Source: Trueperaceae bacterium
GTDB lineage: Bacteria; Deinococcota; Deinococci; Deinococcales; Trueperaceae
NCBI GenBank assembly: GCA_041676665.1
Contig: JBAYRM010000001.1
Span: forward strand, 1-62,855
Direction of reading: 5' to 3'
DNA: 62,855 bases
Part shown: piece after piece, positions 20,003 to 27,910 of the stretch
How the letters are laid out: each line of letters begins with the position of its first letter
Position numbering within the stretch: the stretch's first letter is position 1
Position numbers and translations under genes: made by a program
Notes under the pieces: generated by a model
What the model was told of the DNA's origin: nothing
The model's input: only the letters and a program-made list of their open reading frames with translations
Databases searched by the model: none

Positions 20003-20943
20003 GAGTAGCGGATCCGCGGGTCTAGGAGACCGTACGAGATGTCGACGATGAAGCCGAGCGCCACGATGGTGGCGGCGTAGACCAGGATCTCTCCCTGCAG
20101 GAGGGGGAAGTCGCGGGTGCCGATAGCCGTGAGGGCCAGGCGTCCCAGCCCGGGCAGCGCGAAGACCTGCTCGATGACGATGGAGCCGATGAACACGTTG
20201 GAGAGCGACAGGCCCAGGATGGTGATGATGGTGACCATGGCGTTGCGCAGCGCGTGCTTGAACACGACGCCCCGCGGCGCCACACCCTTAGCGCGCGCCG
20301 TGCGCACGAAGTCCTGGTTGAGCACCTCGAGCATGGCCGCGCGCGTCATGCGCGTCATCACGGCGGCCTGACCAAGCGCTAGCGCTAACACTGGCAGCGC
20401 CAGGCTGCGCGCCCAGGCTGTCGGGTCCTCACCGAACGGGGTGAAGCCGCCAGCTGGCAGCAACCTCCGCTCAACGGCGAAGAACAGGATGAACAGGAGC
20501 CCGAGCCAGAAGCTCGGCACCGCCGCACCGAGCTGCGACAGCGACGTGACCAGAGGGTCCCACACCGTGCCCTTGCGCACGGCGGCGAAGATGCCGAGGG
20601 GGATGGCTATGAGGCACGCCAGGAGCGCCGCGCCGATAGAGAGCGGCACGCTAACGCGTAAGCGGTCCGCGATGAGCGGACCGACTGGGCGCTGGTAGTT
20701 GATGCTCTCACCGAAATCGCCGCGCGCCACGCCACCGAGCCACTGCACGTAACGCTGCACCGGAGGCACATCGAGGCCCAGCTTGCGCGAGAGCACCTCG
20801 CGCGCCTCCGGCGTGGCGTTGATGCCGAGGATGATGGCGGCGGGATCGCCCGGCACGGCGAGCAGGGCCGAGAAGACGACCATGCTCGCCAGCAGGACAC
20901 TAAGCAGCGCTGTGAGGAAGCGCCTGACTACGAATCCGAGCAT
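19999..20943 (-). CDS. peptide/nickel ABC transporter permease (DppB/OppB-like)
   Basis: 314 aa. DFVRTARAKGVAPRGVVFKHALRNA loop. 4-nt overlap with the downstream permease. Confidence 0.92.
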   Translation of the reverse strand: MLGFVVRRFLTALLSVLLASMVVFSALLAVPGDPAAIILGINATPEAREVLSRKLGLDVPPVQRYVQWLGGVARGDFGESINYQRPVGPLIADRLRVSVPLSIGAALLACLIAIPLGIFAAVRKGTVWDPLVTSLSQLGAAVPSFWLGLLFILFFAVERRLLPAGGFTPFGEDPTAWARSLALPVLALALGQAAVMTRMTRAAMLEVLNQDFVRTARAKGVAPRGVVFKHALRNAMVTIITILGLSLSNVFIGSIVIEQVFALPGLGRLALTAIGTRDFPLLQGEILVYAATIVALGFIVDISYGLLDPRIRYS

Positions 20944-20963
20944 GCAGGGCGGACCGAACTACA

Positions 20964-22490
20964 TCAGTTGGTCTTGTACACCCCGGTCACGTCGATGGCG
21001 GGCGTGGGCTGGTCCTGCCAGAAGCCGTAAACGTTCTGGCGGGCGGCCACGAGGTAGGGCGGGGAGAAGACCCACACGTTCACCGCGTCGTTGGCGATGA
21101 TCTGTGCGATCTGCTGGTAGGCGGCCGTTTCGGCCTCGGCGCTGGTGGCGGCTTCGGCTTCGGCCAGCAGCTCGCGCACGCGCGGGTTGTCGTACTGGTA
21201 GTAGTAGTCGGGGTTGCCGTACACGTTGATGTCGCGCGGCTCAGAGTGACCGATGATGGTCATGTCGTAATCGGCTCCCAGCAGGATGCGCTGGATCCAG
21301 GTGCCCCACTCGACCACGCTGAGTTCGACGTTGATGCCGACGGCGCGGAGCTGCTGGGCGATGACCTCGCCAGCTCGGCGCTCGGTCTGGTACGGCTCGG
21401 GCAGTTCGAAGTGAATGGTGAAGCCGTCCGCGTAGCCCGCCTCGGCCAGCAGTTCGCGGGCGCGCTGCGGATCGTAAGGGTAGGTCTGCGACAGGTCGAT
21501 GTAGTACGGCTCGGCCGGGCTCATGTGGCTGCCGATCACCGTGCCGAGGCCGAAGTTGGCGCCGTTGACGATGGTGTCCTTGTCGATGGCCAGCGTGATG
21601 GCCTGACGCACGCGCAGGTCATCCAGCGGCGCACGCGAGTTGTTCATGGCCAGCGTGATCTCGGTGGTGGCCGTGCCCTCGGTACCCTTGAGCTCCGGGT
21701 TGGAGGCGACCTGCAGGTACTGCTCGGGCTGCAGGGCTACGCCGATAAGGTCGATGTCGCCCGACTGCAGCGCCGCGAAGCGCGTGTTGGCGTCGGAGAT
21801 GATGCGGAACACGGCGCGGTCGAGGTAAGGAACGCCGGCGATGTAGTAATCCTCGAAGCGCTCCAGTACGACCTGGCTGCCCTCGGTGTAAGACACGAAC
21901 TTGAACGGCCCGGTGCCGATGGGCTCGGAACGCTGCGTTTCGGCCTTGGCGGCGGGATAGATGATCGAGTCGGGCCGGGCGAGGTTGTAGAGCAGGCCGC
22001 GGCTCGGCTGGCTCAGCTGGAACACGACGGTGTTCGCGGCGGGCGAGGTGACGCTCTCGATGGAGGCGTAGTAAGCCGGGTTGGTGTGGCCCGACTCGGT
22101 GTCCATGGCGCGCTCGAACTTGGCGATCACGTCGTCGACCGTGAGGTCGGTGCCGTCGTGGAACTTGACGCCGCTACGCAGGTTGAAGGTCCAGGTCAGA
22201 CCGTCGTCGCTGGTCGTGAAGGTCTCAGCCAGGGCAGGCACGATGTTGCCGCTAGCGTCGAAGCGCACGAGTCCCTCGTACACGTTGTGGTACATGACGC
22301 GCGGGATCTCCTGCGAGGTGGAGATGGTGGGGTCCCAGCCGGGCGGGTCAGCTGTGATGGCCACAGTGACCGTGCCGCCGTAAACCGGTTGCGGGTCCTG
22401 CGCGGACGCGGTGCCAACCAGCAAGCCCAGCGCCAGCAGCAGGGCGAGGGCCAGCTTGAGAGCGGGGGTGCGTGAAGCCGATTCGGACAT
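20964..22490 (-). CDS. ABC transporter substrate-binding protein, family 5 (peptide/nickel type)
   Basis: Start moved to ATG 22490 (MSESASRTPALKLALALLLALGLLVGTASA signal peptide), with GGAGG at 22496-22500. VYGGTVTVA...GLVRFD...KFHDG blocks are typical of family 5 SBPs. Confidence 0.9.
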   Translation of the reverse strand: MSESASRTPALKLALALLLALGLLVGTASAQDPQPVYGGTVTVAITADPPGWDPTISTSQEIPRVMYHNVYEGLVRFDASGNIVPALAETFTTSDDGLTWTFNLRSGVKFHDGTDLTVDDVIAKFERAMDTESGHTNPAYYASIESVTSPAANTVVFQLSQPSRGLLYNLARPDSIIYPAAKAETQRSEPIGTGPFKFVSYTEGSQVVLERFEDYYIAGVPYLDRAVFRIISDANTRFAALQSGDIDLIGVALQPEQYLQVASNPELKGTEGTATTEITLAMNNSRAPLDDLRVRQAITLAIDKDTIVNGANFGLGTVIGSHMSPAEPYYIDLSQTYPYDPQRARELLAEAGYADGFTIHFELPEPYQTERRAGEVIAQQLRAVGINVELSVVEWGTWIQRILLGADYDMTIIGHSEPRDINVYGNPDYYYQYDNPRVRELLAEAEAATSAEAETAAYQQIAQIIANDAVNVWVFSPPYLVAARQNVYGFWQDQPTPAIDVTGVYKTN

Positions 22491-22512
22491 GCGTTCCTCC
22501 TGGGTACGGTTA

Positions 22513-22531
22513 TCGACCGGTGTCGACCGGT
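22513..22531. promoter_or_regulatory. tandem direct repeat TCGACCGGT-g-TCGACCGGT (each contains the ACCGGT palindrome) just upstream of the SBP SD; operator candidate
   Basis: Exact 9-nt repeat with 10-nt periodicity. It lies between a 7-bp hairpin (22554-22570) and the SD. Confidence 0.3.
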
Positions 22532-22570
22532 TGGGCGAGAGGTTTGTTAGCGGCGGACCGTGCCGGTCCG

Positions 22571-23830
22571 TCATCCGTTGGGTGACGCCAGATAGGTTAC
22601 CGCAGCGGCGGCGTACAGGCGTGCCGAAGCGACGGTCTCGGAGAGCCTCACGAACTCGTCGACCTGATGCGGGATCTCGCGGTCGCCGGGCCCGATGGTA
22701 ACGACCGGTATGTCCTTCCACGCCCACAGGAACGTGCCGTCGGTGGCGCCCGGCACGCCGCCGTAACGCGGCGCCTCGCCCAGCACGGGCTGGTACACGG
22801 ACTCGAGCGCGCGCACCAGCGGGTCGTCTGCCTGGGTCTCGGTCCAGGGGCGCGACTCGAACACGTCGATGTCGAACTTGAGCCTGTCGGTACCGGCTTC
22901 GAGCCGCGCCGCTACGGCTCGCAGTTCAGCCTCGATGTCGTCATGTGACTGGCCCGGCACGGTTCGAATGTCGAGCGCCATGTACGCCTGCTCGGGCATC
23001 ACGTTCAGCTGCGCCTCGCCGGCGGCGGGCGCCCGCGTGACAGTTGGGGTGATCCAGGGGAGACCCAGGTACGGGTGCTCGCCCAGGCGCTCCTGTTCGC
23101 GCCGCTCGAAGTCGCGCAGCGCCACCACGAAGTCGGCCAGGCCCCTGACGGGGTTAACACCGGCGTAAGGCATGGCTCCGTGGCTCATGACGCCGGTAAC
23201 GTGCACGTTGACGCGCATGGCGCCCTTCTGGAAGAGGCAGATCTCGTTCTCTTCGGGCTCCGCTACGATGGCGCCCGTTACTTCGTCGGCCCAGCCGTTG
23301 GTGATGAAGCTCTTGATGCCGAGCATCATGCCTTCCTCGTCGACGACTATGCCGAGGCGGATGCGGCCCGCGAGGTTCGGCGCGGTCGCCATGACCGCCT
23401 CGAGCGCAGCGATGCTGGCCGCCACGCCGGCTTTCATGTCGGCCGAGCCGCGGCCGTGCAGCACGTCACCGTTAATGCGGCCCTCGAAGGGCGGCACCTG
23501 CCACTTGCCCGGGTCGCCTTCGGTGACCACGTCGGTGTGGCCCTCGAACATCAGGGTCCGGTGGCGCTCCGGGTCGAAGGAACTGCCCGCCCAGTCACAG
23601 ATGACGTTGGGTCGCCCCGGCGCCACTTCCTCGAGGATCGGGTCCAGTCCCAGAGAGCGTAGTTGCTCGGCCACGTAATGAGCGGCGGCCGTCTCGTTGG
23701 TGCCCGCCTCCAGGTCGAAGACGCTGCGAATGCGGACCAGGCCCTGCGCTAGCTCTGCCACCCGCGCCGGATCTACCGCCGCCGCGGCGCGTTCAGCCAG
23801 GTCGGTTGGGAACGCCTTTTCGCCTGCCAC
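22571..23830 (-). CDS. M20 family metallopeptidase (ArgE/DapE/ACY1-like)
   Basis: 419 aa. FEGHTDVV, GRGSADMKAG and VVDEEG blocks. Confidence 0.88.
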   Translation of the reverse strand: MAGEKAFPTDLAERAAAAVDPARVAELAQGLVRIRSVFDLEAGTNETAAAHYVAEQLRSLGLDPILEEVAPGRPNVICDWAGSSFDPERHRTLMFEGHTDVVTEGDPGKWQVPPFEGRINGDVLHGRGSADMKAGVAASIAALEAVMATAPNLAGRIRLGIVVDEEGMMLGIKSFITNGWADEVTGAIVAEPEENEICLFQKGAMRVNVHVTGVMSHGAMPYAGVNPVRGLADFVVALRDFERREQERLGEHPYLGLPWITPTVTRAPAAGEAQLNVMPEQAYMALDIRTVPGQSHDDIEAELRAVAARLEAGTDRLKFDIDVFESRPWTETQADDPLVRALESVYQPVLGEAPRYGGVPGATDGTFLWAWKDIPVVTIGPGDREIPHQVDEFVRLSETVASARLYAAAAVTYLASPNG

Positions 23831-23841
23831 GCCTGCCCCTC

Positions 23842-24621
23842 TCAGAGGGGCGGCGTGAAGCGGCCGTCCTGCGCCGTCCAGCCGCCGTCGACGTACAGCA
23901 GGGAGCCGGTCACGAAGCTAGCCGCGTCCGACACCAGGAAGATGACCGCGCCCACCAGCTCGCTGGGTTGTGACCAGCGGCCCAGGGCGCTCTTCTCGGC
24001 GTAAGCCCGGTACCACTCGGGCTGCGCCTTGATCTGCTCGGTTAGCGGCGTCTCGACCACACCTGGCGCGACAGCGTTGGCGCGCACGCCCTTCTGCCCG
24101 AGCTCTGAGGCTAGGGCGCGGATCATCTGCAGCGTGCCCGCCTTGGTGGCGGCGTACACGCCCTGGCCCGGCTCCACCACCTGCGAGCGGATGCTGGAGA
24201 AGAACACCATGCTGCCCTTGCCCTGCGCGGCCATGACCTCGCCCGCCTCCTTCATGACGTTGAAGCTGCCCTTCAGGTTGACGTTGATCACGCGGTCGAA
24301 CTCCTGGCCCGTGATGTCGGTCAGGCGCTTGCGCACGTTGATGGACGGGGTGCACACCAACCCGTCGAGCGTTGGCAGCGAGCGCACCAGGGTGCGTACC
24401 TGCGCTTCGTCGGTGATGTCGACCTGCGCAGCGCTGGCCTGGTAACCCGCGGCAGTGAGGTCGGCCACGGCCGCTTGCGCGGCGCCGAGGTCCGTGTCGG
24501 CGACCGTTACGGCGGCGCCGAAGTCGGCCAGGCCCTTGGCGGTGGCGCGCCCGATGCCGGAGCCGCCCCCTATGACGAGCATGTTGCGCCCGTTCAGGTC
24601 GAAGAGGTCTCGGTAGTTCAC
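23842..24621 (-). CDS. SDR family oxidoreductase
   Basis: Start moved to GTG 24621 (VNYRDLFDLNGRNMLVIGGGSGIGRA). The longer ORF would overlap the upstream pseudouridine synthase gene. YAATKAG catalytic YxxxK motif. Confidence 0.88.
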   Translation of the reverse strand: MNYRDLFDLNGRNMLVIGGGSGIGRATAKGLADFGAAVTVADTDLGAAQAAVADLTAAGYQASAAQVDITDEAQVRTLVRSLPTLDGLVCTPSINVRKRLTDITGQEFDRVINVNLKGSFNVMKEAGEVMAAQGKGSMVFFSSIRSQVVEPGQGVYAATKAGTLQMIRALASELGQKGVRANAVAPGVVETPLTEQIKAQPEWYRAYAEKSALGRWSQPSELVGAVIFLVSDAASFVTGSLLYVDGGWTAQDGRFTPPL

Positions 24622-24689
24622 GGTGGTGTCCTTTCGCTCCTGACGGTGGTCAGGCGAGAGTGCGGAGTTAGCCAGGAGGCTATCACCCG

Positions 24690-25628
24690 TTACAGCTCCT
24701 CGTCGTCGGTCGGGGGCCAACTGCCGCCCAGTCTGAGCCACGCCTCCACCATGTCGGCCGGCACTTGCGCCGTGAACGTCATGGCCTCGTTGTCGGCGGG
24801 ATGAGGCACGGTGAGCCTGAACGCGTGCAGCGCCTGCCTGCCGATGCTGCCCGACGCTCGCCCGTACACCTCGTCGCCGAGGATGGGGGCGCCCAGGTGC
24901 GCCAGGTGCACGCGGATCTGGTGCGTGCGGCCGGTATGCGGCCGGGCTTTCACCAGCGCGTAGCCGGGCAGCGCGGCGATGACCCTGAAGCGGGTGGTGG
25001 CGCTCTTGGGGTTCTCGCCACCCACGGTCATCGACTGGCGCTTGACAGGGTGCCGGCCGATGGGCGCGTCGACCGTAACGTTGTCTTCGATCAGGCCCAC
25101 GGTTATGGCCACGTACTCCTTCTCCGTGAAGCGCTTCTTGAACGAGTTGGAGAGGTGCCGGTGCGCGGCGTCGTTCTTAGCCACCACCATGACGCCCGAC
25201 GTGTCCTTGTCGAGGCGGTGCACGATGCCGGGCCGGTAAGCCTCGTCGGCCGGGTCCTGCGTGCCCTCCTTAGAGAGCGGCATGCGGCCCAGCAGCGCGT
25301 TGACGACCGTGCCGGAGCGCAGGGTGGCCGTTGGGTGAGCCACCATGCCTGGCGGCTTATTGATCGCCGCCAGGTCCTGGTCCTGATAGATAACGTCCAG
25401 GTCCAGATCCTCGGGCTCCACGTGGTGCGGTCGCGGTGGCGGCAGGATCACCGACACCGTTTCGGTGCCCGCCAGCTTGGTGGAGGCCTTACCCACCGGG
25501 CGGCCGTCCACGGTGACGTAACCCTCGCTCACCAGCTCCTTAGCGAACGTGCGTGAGAGCTCCAGCGCCATGGCGATAGCCACGTCGAGCCTCTCGCCTG
25601 CAGGTGCGTCGAAGGTGCGGAACTCCAC
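24690..25628 (-). CDS. rluD: RluA family pseudouridine synthase with S4 domain (RluD-like)
   Basis: 312 aa. S4-like N-terminus, HRLDKDTSG catalytic Asp motif, GRTHQIRVHL. Confidence 0.9.
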   Translation of the reverse strand: MEFRTFDAPAGERLDVAIAMALELSRTFAKELVSEGYVTVDGRPVGKASTKLAGTETVSVILPPPRPHHVEPEDLDLDVIYQDQDLAAINKPPGMVAHPTATLRSGTVVNALLGRMPLSKEGTQDPADEAYRPGIVHRLDKDTSGVMVVAKNDAAHRHLSNSFKKRFTEKEYVAITVGLIEDNVTVDAPIGRHPVKRQSMTVGGENPKSATTRFRVIAALPGYALVKARPHTGRTHQIRVHLAHLGAPILGDEVYGRASGSIGRQALHAFRLTVPHPADNEAMTFTAQVPADMVEAWLRLGGSWPPTDDEEL

Positions 25629-25634
25629 CCGGCC

Positions 25635-25640
25635 AGTCTA
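25635..25640 (-). promoter_or_regulatory. -10-like hexamer TAGACT, 6 nt upstream of the rluD-like GTG
   Basis: Minus strand reads TAGACT-ggccgg-GTG with no SD. Confidence 0.4.
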
Positions 25641-25671
25641 GCGCCCCTCTCTGAGCACCGTCCTGCAGCGC

Positions 25672-25677
25672 TATACT
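25672..25677 (+). promoter_or_regulatory. -10-like hexamer TATACT, 9 nt upstream of the plsX ATG
   Basis: Sequence reads TATACT-gccccggtt-ATG with no SD. Confidence 0.4.
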
Positions 25678-25686
25678 GCCCCGGTT

Positions 25687-26697
25687 ATGGAACGAGACGC
25701 AGTCATCGCCCTCGACGCCATGGGCGGCGAGAACATGCCGCAGGCAGCGGTGGAGGGCGCCATCAAGGCGCACCTGGCCGGCACCCGCGTGGTGCTCGTA
25801 GGCGACGAAGGCGTACTGAGGCCCGAGCTGGCGCGCCTGGGTGGGCTCGACCTCGAGATAGTGCACGCCTCAGACGTCATCTCGATGGACGAGAACGCCA
25901 CCGACGTCAGGCGCCGGCGCGACTCGAGCGTCATGGTGGGCATGCGGCTCGTGAAGGACGGGCGCGCGCACGCCTGCGTTTCTATGGGTCACTCCGGCGC
26001 CACCATGGCCGCCGCCCTGTTGGTGCTAGGCCGCATCTCCGGTGTCGATCGACCGGCCATCCTCGCCAACGTGCCCACGTCGAACGGCTTCCTGGCGCTG
26101 CTCGACGCGGGCGCCAACGCGGACTGCCGGCCCGAGTGGCTGCAGCAGTTCGCGCTCATGGGCAGCGCGTACGTGGAGCGCGTGTGGGGCGTACAGCGCC
26201 CGAAGGTCGGCCTCATGTCGATAGGCGAGGAGCCGCATAAGGGCAACGAGCTCACGCGCGCCGCGCACGTCCTGCTGGCAGAGACCAGCGGCCTCGACTT
26301 CTACGGCAACGTCGAGGGGCGTGACCTCTTCAGCGGCGTCGTCGACGTGGTCGTTACCGACGGCTTCACGGGCAACGTCATCCTGAAGCTGGCCGAAGGC
26401 GAGGCGCGCGCCATCTTCGGCTGGGTGCGGGCCGCGCTCGAGAGCGACCTGCGCTCGAAGATCGGCGGCTTGCTGGCGCGCCCAGCACTGCGGAGCCTGG
26501 GCGCCCGCATGGACCCGGCCGAGTACGGGGCGCAGCCGCTACTCGGCGTGAACGGTTACGCCTTCATCGGCCACGGCAGCGCCGACGCCCGCGCGGTGGC
26601 CAGCGCCATCCGCACGGCGCAGGGGGCGGTGCGCTCGAAGGCGCTCGATCAGCTGGTCACGGCGCTGGCGGAGGGTCAGCAGCCCGCACCCAACTGA
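25687..26697 (+). CDS. plsX: phosphate acyltransferase PlsX
   Basis: 336 aa. IALDAMGGE, GHSGATMAA and VVTDGFTGNV blocks. Confidence 0.93.
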   Translation: MERDAVIALDAMGGENMPQAAVEGAIKAHLAGTRVVLVGDEGVLRPELARLGGLDLEIVHASDVISMDENATDVRRRRDSSVMVGMRLVKDGRAHACVSMGHSGATMAAALLVLGRISGVDRPAILANVPTSNGFLALLDAGANADCRPEWLQQFALMGSAYVERVWGVQRPKVGLMSIGEEPHKGNELTRAAHVLLAETSGLDFYGNVEGRDLFSGVVDVVVTDGFTGNVILKLAEGEARAIFGWVRAALESDLRSKIGGLLARPALRSLGARMDPAEYGAQPLLGVNGYAFIGHGSADARAVASAIRTAQGAVRSKALDQLVTALAEGQQPAPN

Positions 26698-27910
26698 TCG
26701 CGCCGATACGGCGCCCGCTGGGGGCCAGCGGCAGGGTCAGCTCAGGCACCTCGAAGGGCGTGGCGGCCAGCGGATCGCCGGAAGCGCCGCCCGTGTACAG
26801 GTCGACCACCACCACCGCGCCATCTTGCAACAGGTAGGCGAACGCCCTGAAGGCGTCGATCGTGGCGCCCGCGGCGGCGTAGTTGAGGCGGTCGGTGTCC
26901 GGCGCGTCGTCGGCCAGGCTCGTGTGAACCTCCACCTGCGAGGCGCCCAGCACCAGCGCGTGGTCGCTCCGGTTGAGCGGGTCGACCACCAGCTGGCGCC
27001 CGTTGCCGAGGGCTGGCACCGGGCCCAGCTGCGAGCGGTTGGCCGGCACGCTCAGGTCGGCTCCCACCAGCTGCGAGTTCGTGAGGGCCACCAGCACCGA
27101 GCCGCGGCCGGCCATGGCGACCAGCTCGTTCGGGTCCGCCGCCAACAGCTGGCCCGCGTACCAGTTCGAGGTGGCGTTCTCGAAGTCGACCTCGAACACC
27201 TGCGCCGAGGTGGTGCCAGCCACCAGGAAGAAGCCGCGCTCGTCGTCCTGCCGCTGGTCCGTGTACGGTGCAACTGCCAGGACCGGGTCTGGCGTGTTCA
27301 CCTGCAGCGAGGTGGCGCTGCCCGCCTGCGTATCGACCAGCCACACGACCGGGAACTCGCTGGAGGCGGGCACGCAGTGCGCCGGGACGTCGAGCACCAG
27401 CAGCCAGCGTCCGCTGCGGCTACTCTGCAGCGCGCTGGGGCAGATGACGCTGTTGGTGGTCTGCTCCGCGGGCAGTATCCCCCCGCCGCCCGGCTCCACC
27501 AGCACCAGTTCTGTGCCCACTTCTGCGAAGCCAACCGGATCGGTCAGGTCGATGTTGGCGACGTCGAAGCGGTGCAGGTACGCGCTCACCGCCGTGCCAG
27601 CAACGGAGCGCGCCAGCACCCAGGCGGTGTCGCGCCCCAGCTCGCGGGCGGTGACGTCGATCGAGACGGCCGGAGCGCGCAGCGTGCGCAGGCTATCGGG
27701 CACGAAGCTCATGCGGTCGTCTAAGGCGGTGCCGTCACGCCGGTCCTCCACCAGCGCCAGTTGCGGGGTGGCGCCCTGGACCGTGCCCACGATCAGCAGC
27801 GTGGCGGACTGCTCCTCACGCGTGCCGGTGCAGGCGGAGGCCAGCAGTGTCAGCAGCGTCAGAAGGGCGAAGGTACGTGTGCGGTGGCCGAATGCGCCGC
27901 GTCTGCTCAT
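26657..27910 (-). CDS. hypothetical lipoprotein, translationally coupled to the lptD-like gene
   Basis: 417 aa. Lipobox LLASAC at the end of a signal peptide. Beta-rich composition with no motif I recognise. Its ATG overlaps the upstream stop (ATGA, 27907-27910). Confidence 0.7.
   Translation of the reverse strand: MSRRGAFGHRTRTFALLTLLTLLASACTGTREEQSATLLIVGTVQGATPQLALVEDRRDGTALDDRMSFVPDSLRTLRAPAVSIDVTARELGRDTAWVLARSVAGTAVSAYLHRFDVANIDLTDPVGFAEVGTELVLVEPGGGGILPAEQTTNSVICPSALQSSRSGRWLLVLDVPAHCVPASSEFPVVWLVDTQAGSATSLQVNTPDPVLAVAPYTDQRQDDERGFFLVAGTTSAQVFEVDFENATSNWYAGQLLAADPNELVAMAGRGSVLVALTNSQLVGADLSVPANRSQLGPVPALGNGRQLVVDPLNRSDHALVLGASQVEVHTSLADDAPDTDRLNYAAAGATIDAFRAFAYLLQDGAVVVVDLYTGGASGDPLAATPFEVPELTLPLAPSGRRIGAISWVRAADPPPAP

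Noticed and set aside
21246-22475. 409-aa plus-strand ORF antisense to the family-5 binding-protein gene. Similar long antisense ORFs occur at 28765-29625, 56880-57887, 60475-61512 and 45832-46461.
   Set aside because: In every case the opposite strand encodes a protein with clear family motifs. The antisense frames have an Arg/Gly/Asp/His-rich composition and no start context.
22491-22727. N-terminal extensions offered by the ORF track: SBP to 22727, argS from 10382, actC to 61785, lptG to 32029, enoyl-CoA hydratase from 51256, SDR to 24741, DUF3810 to 48602, dodecin from 12357
   Set aside because: The extensions are Arg/Pro-rich, overlap neighbouring genes and lack SD or -10 context. Internal starts give signal peptides or canonical family N-termini with SD or -10 boxes.
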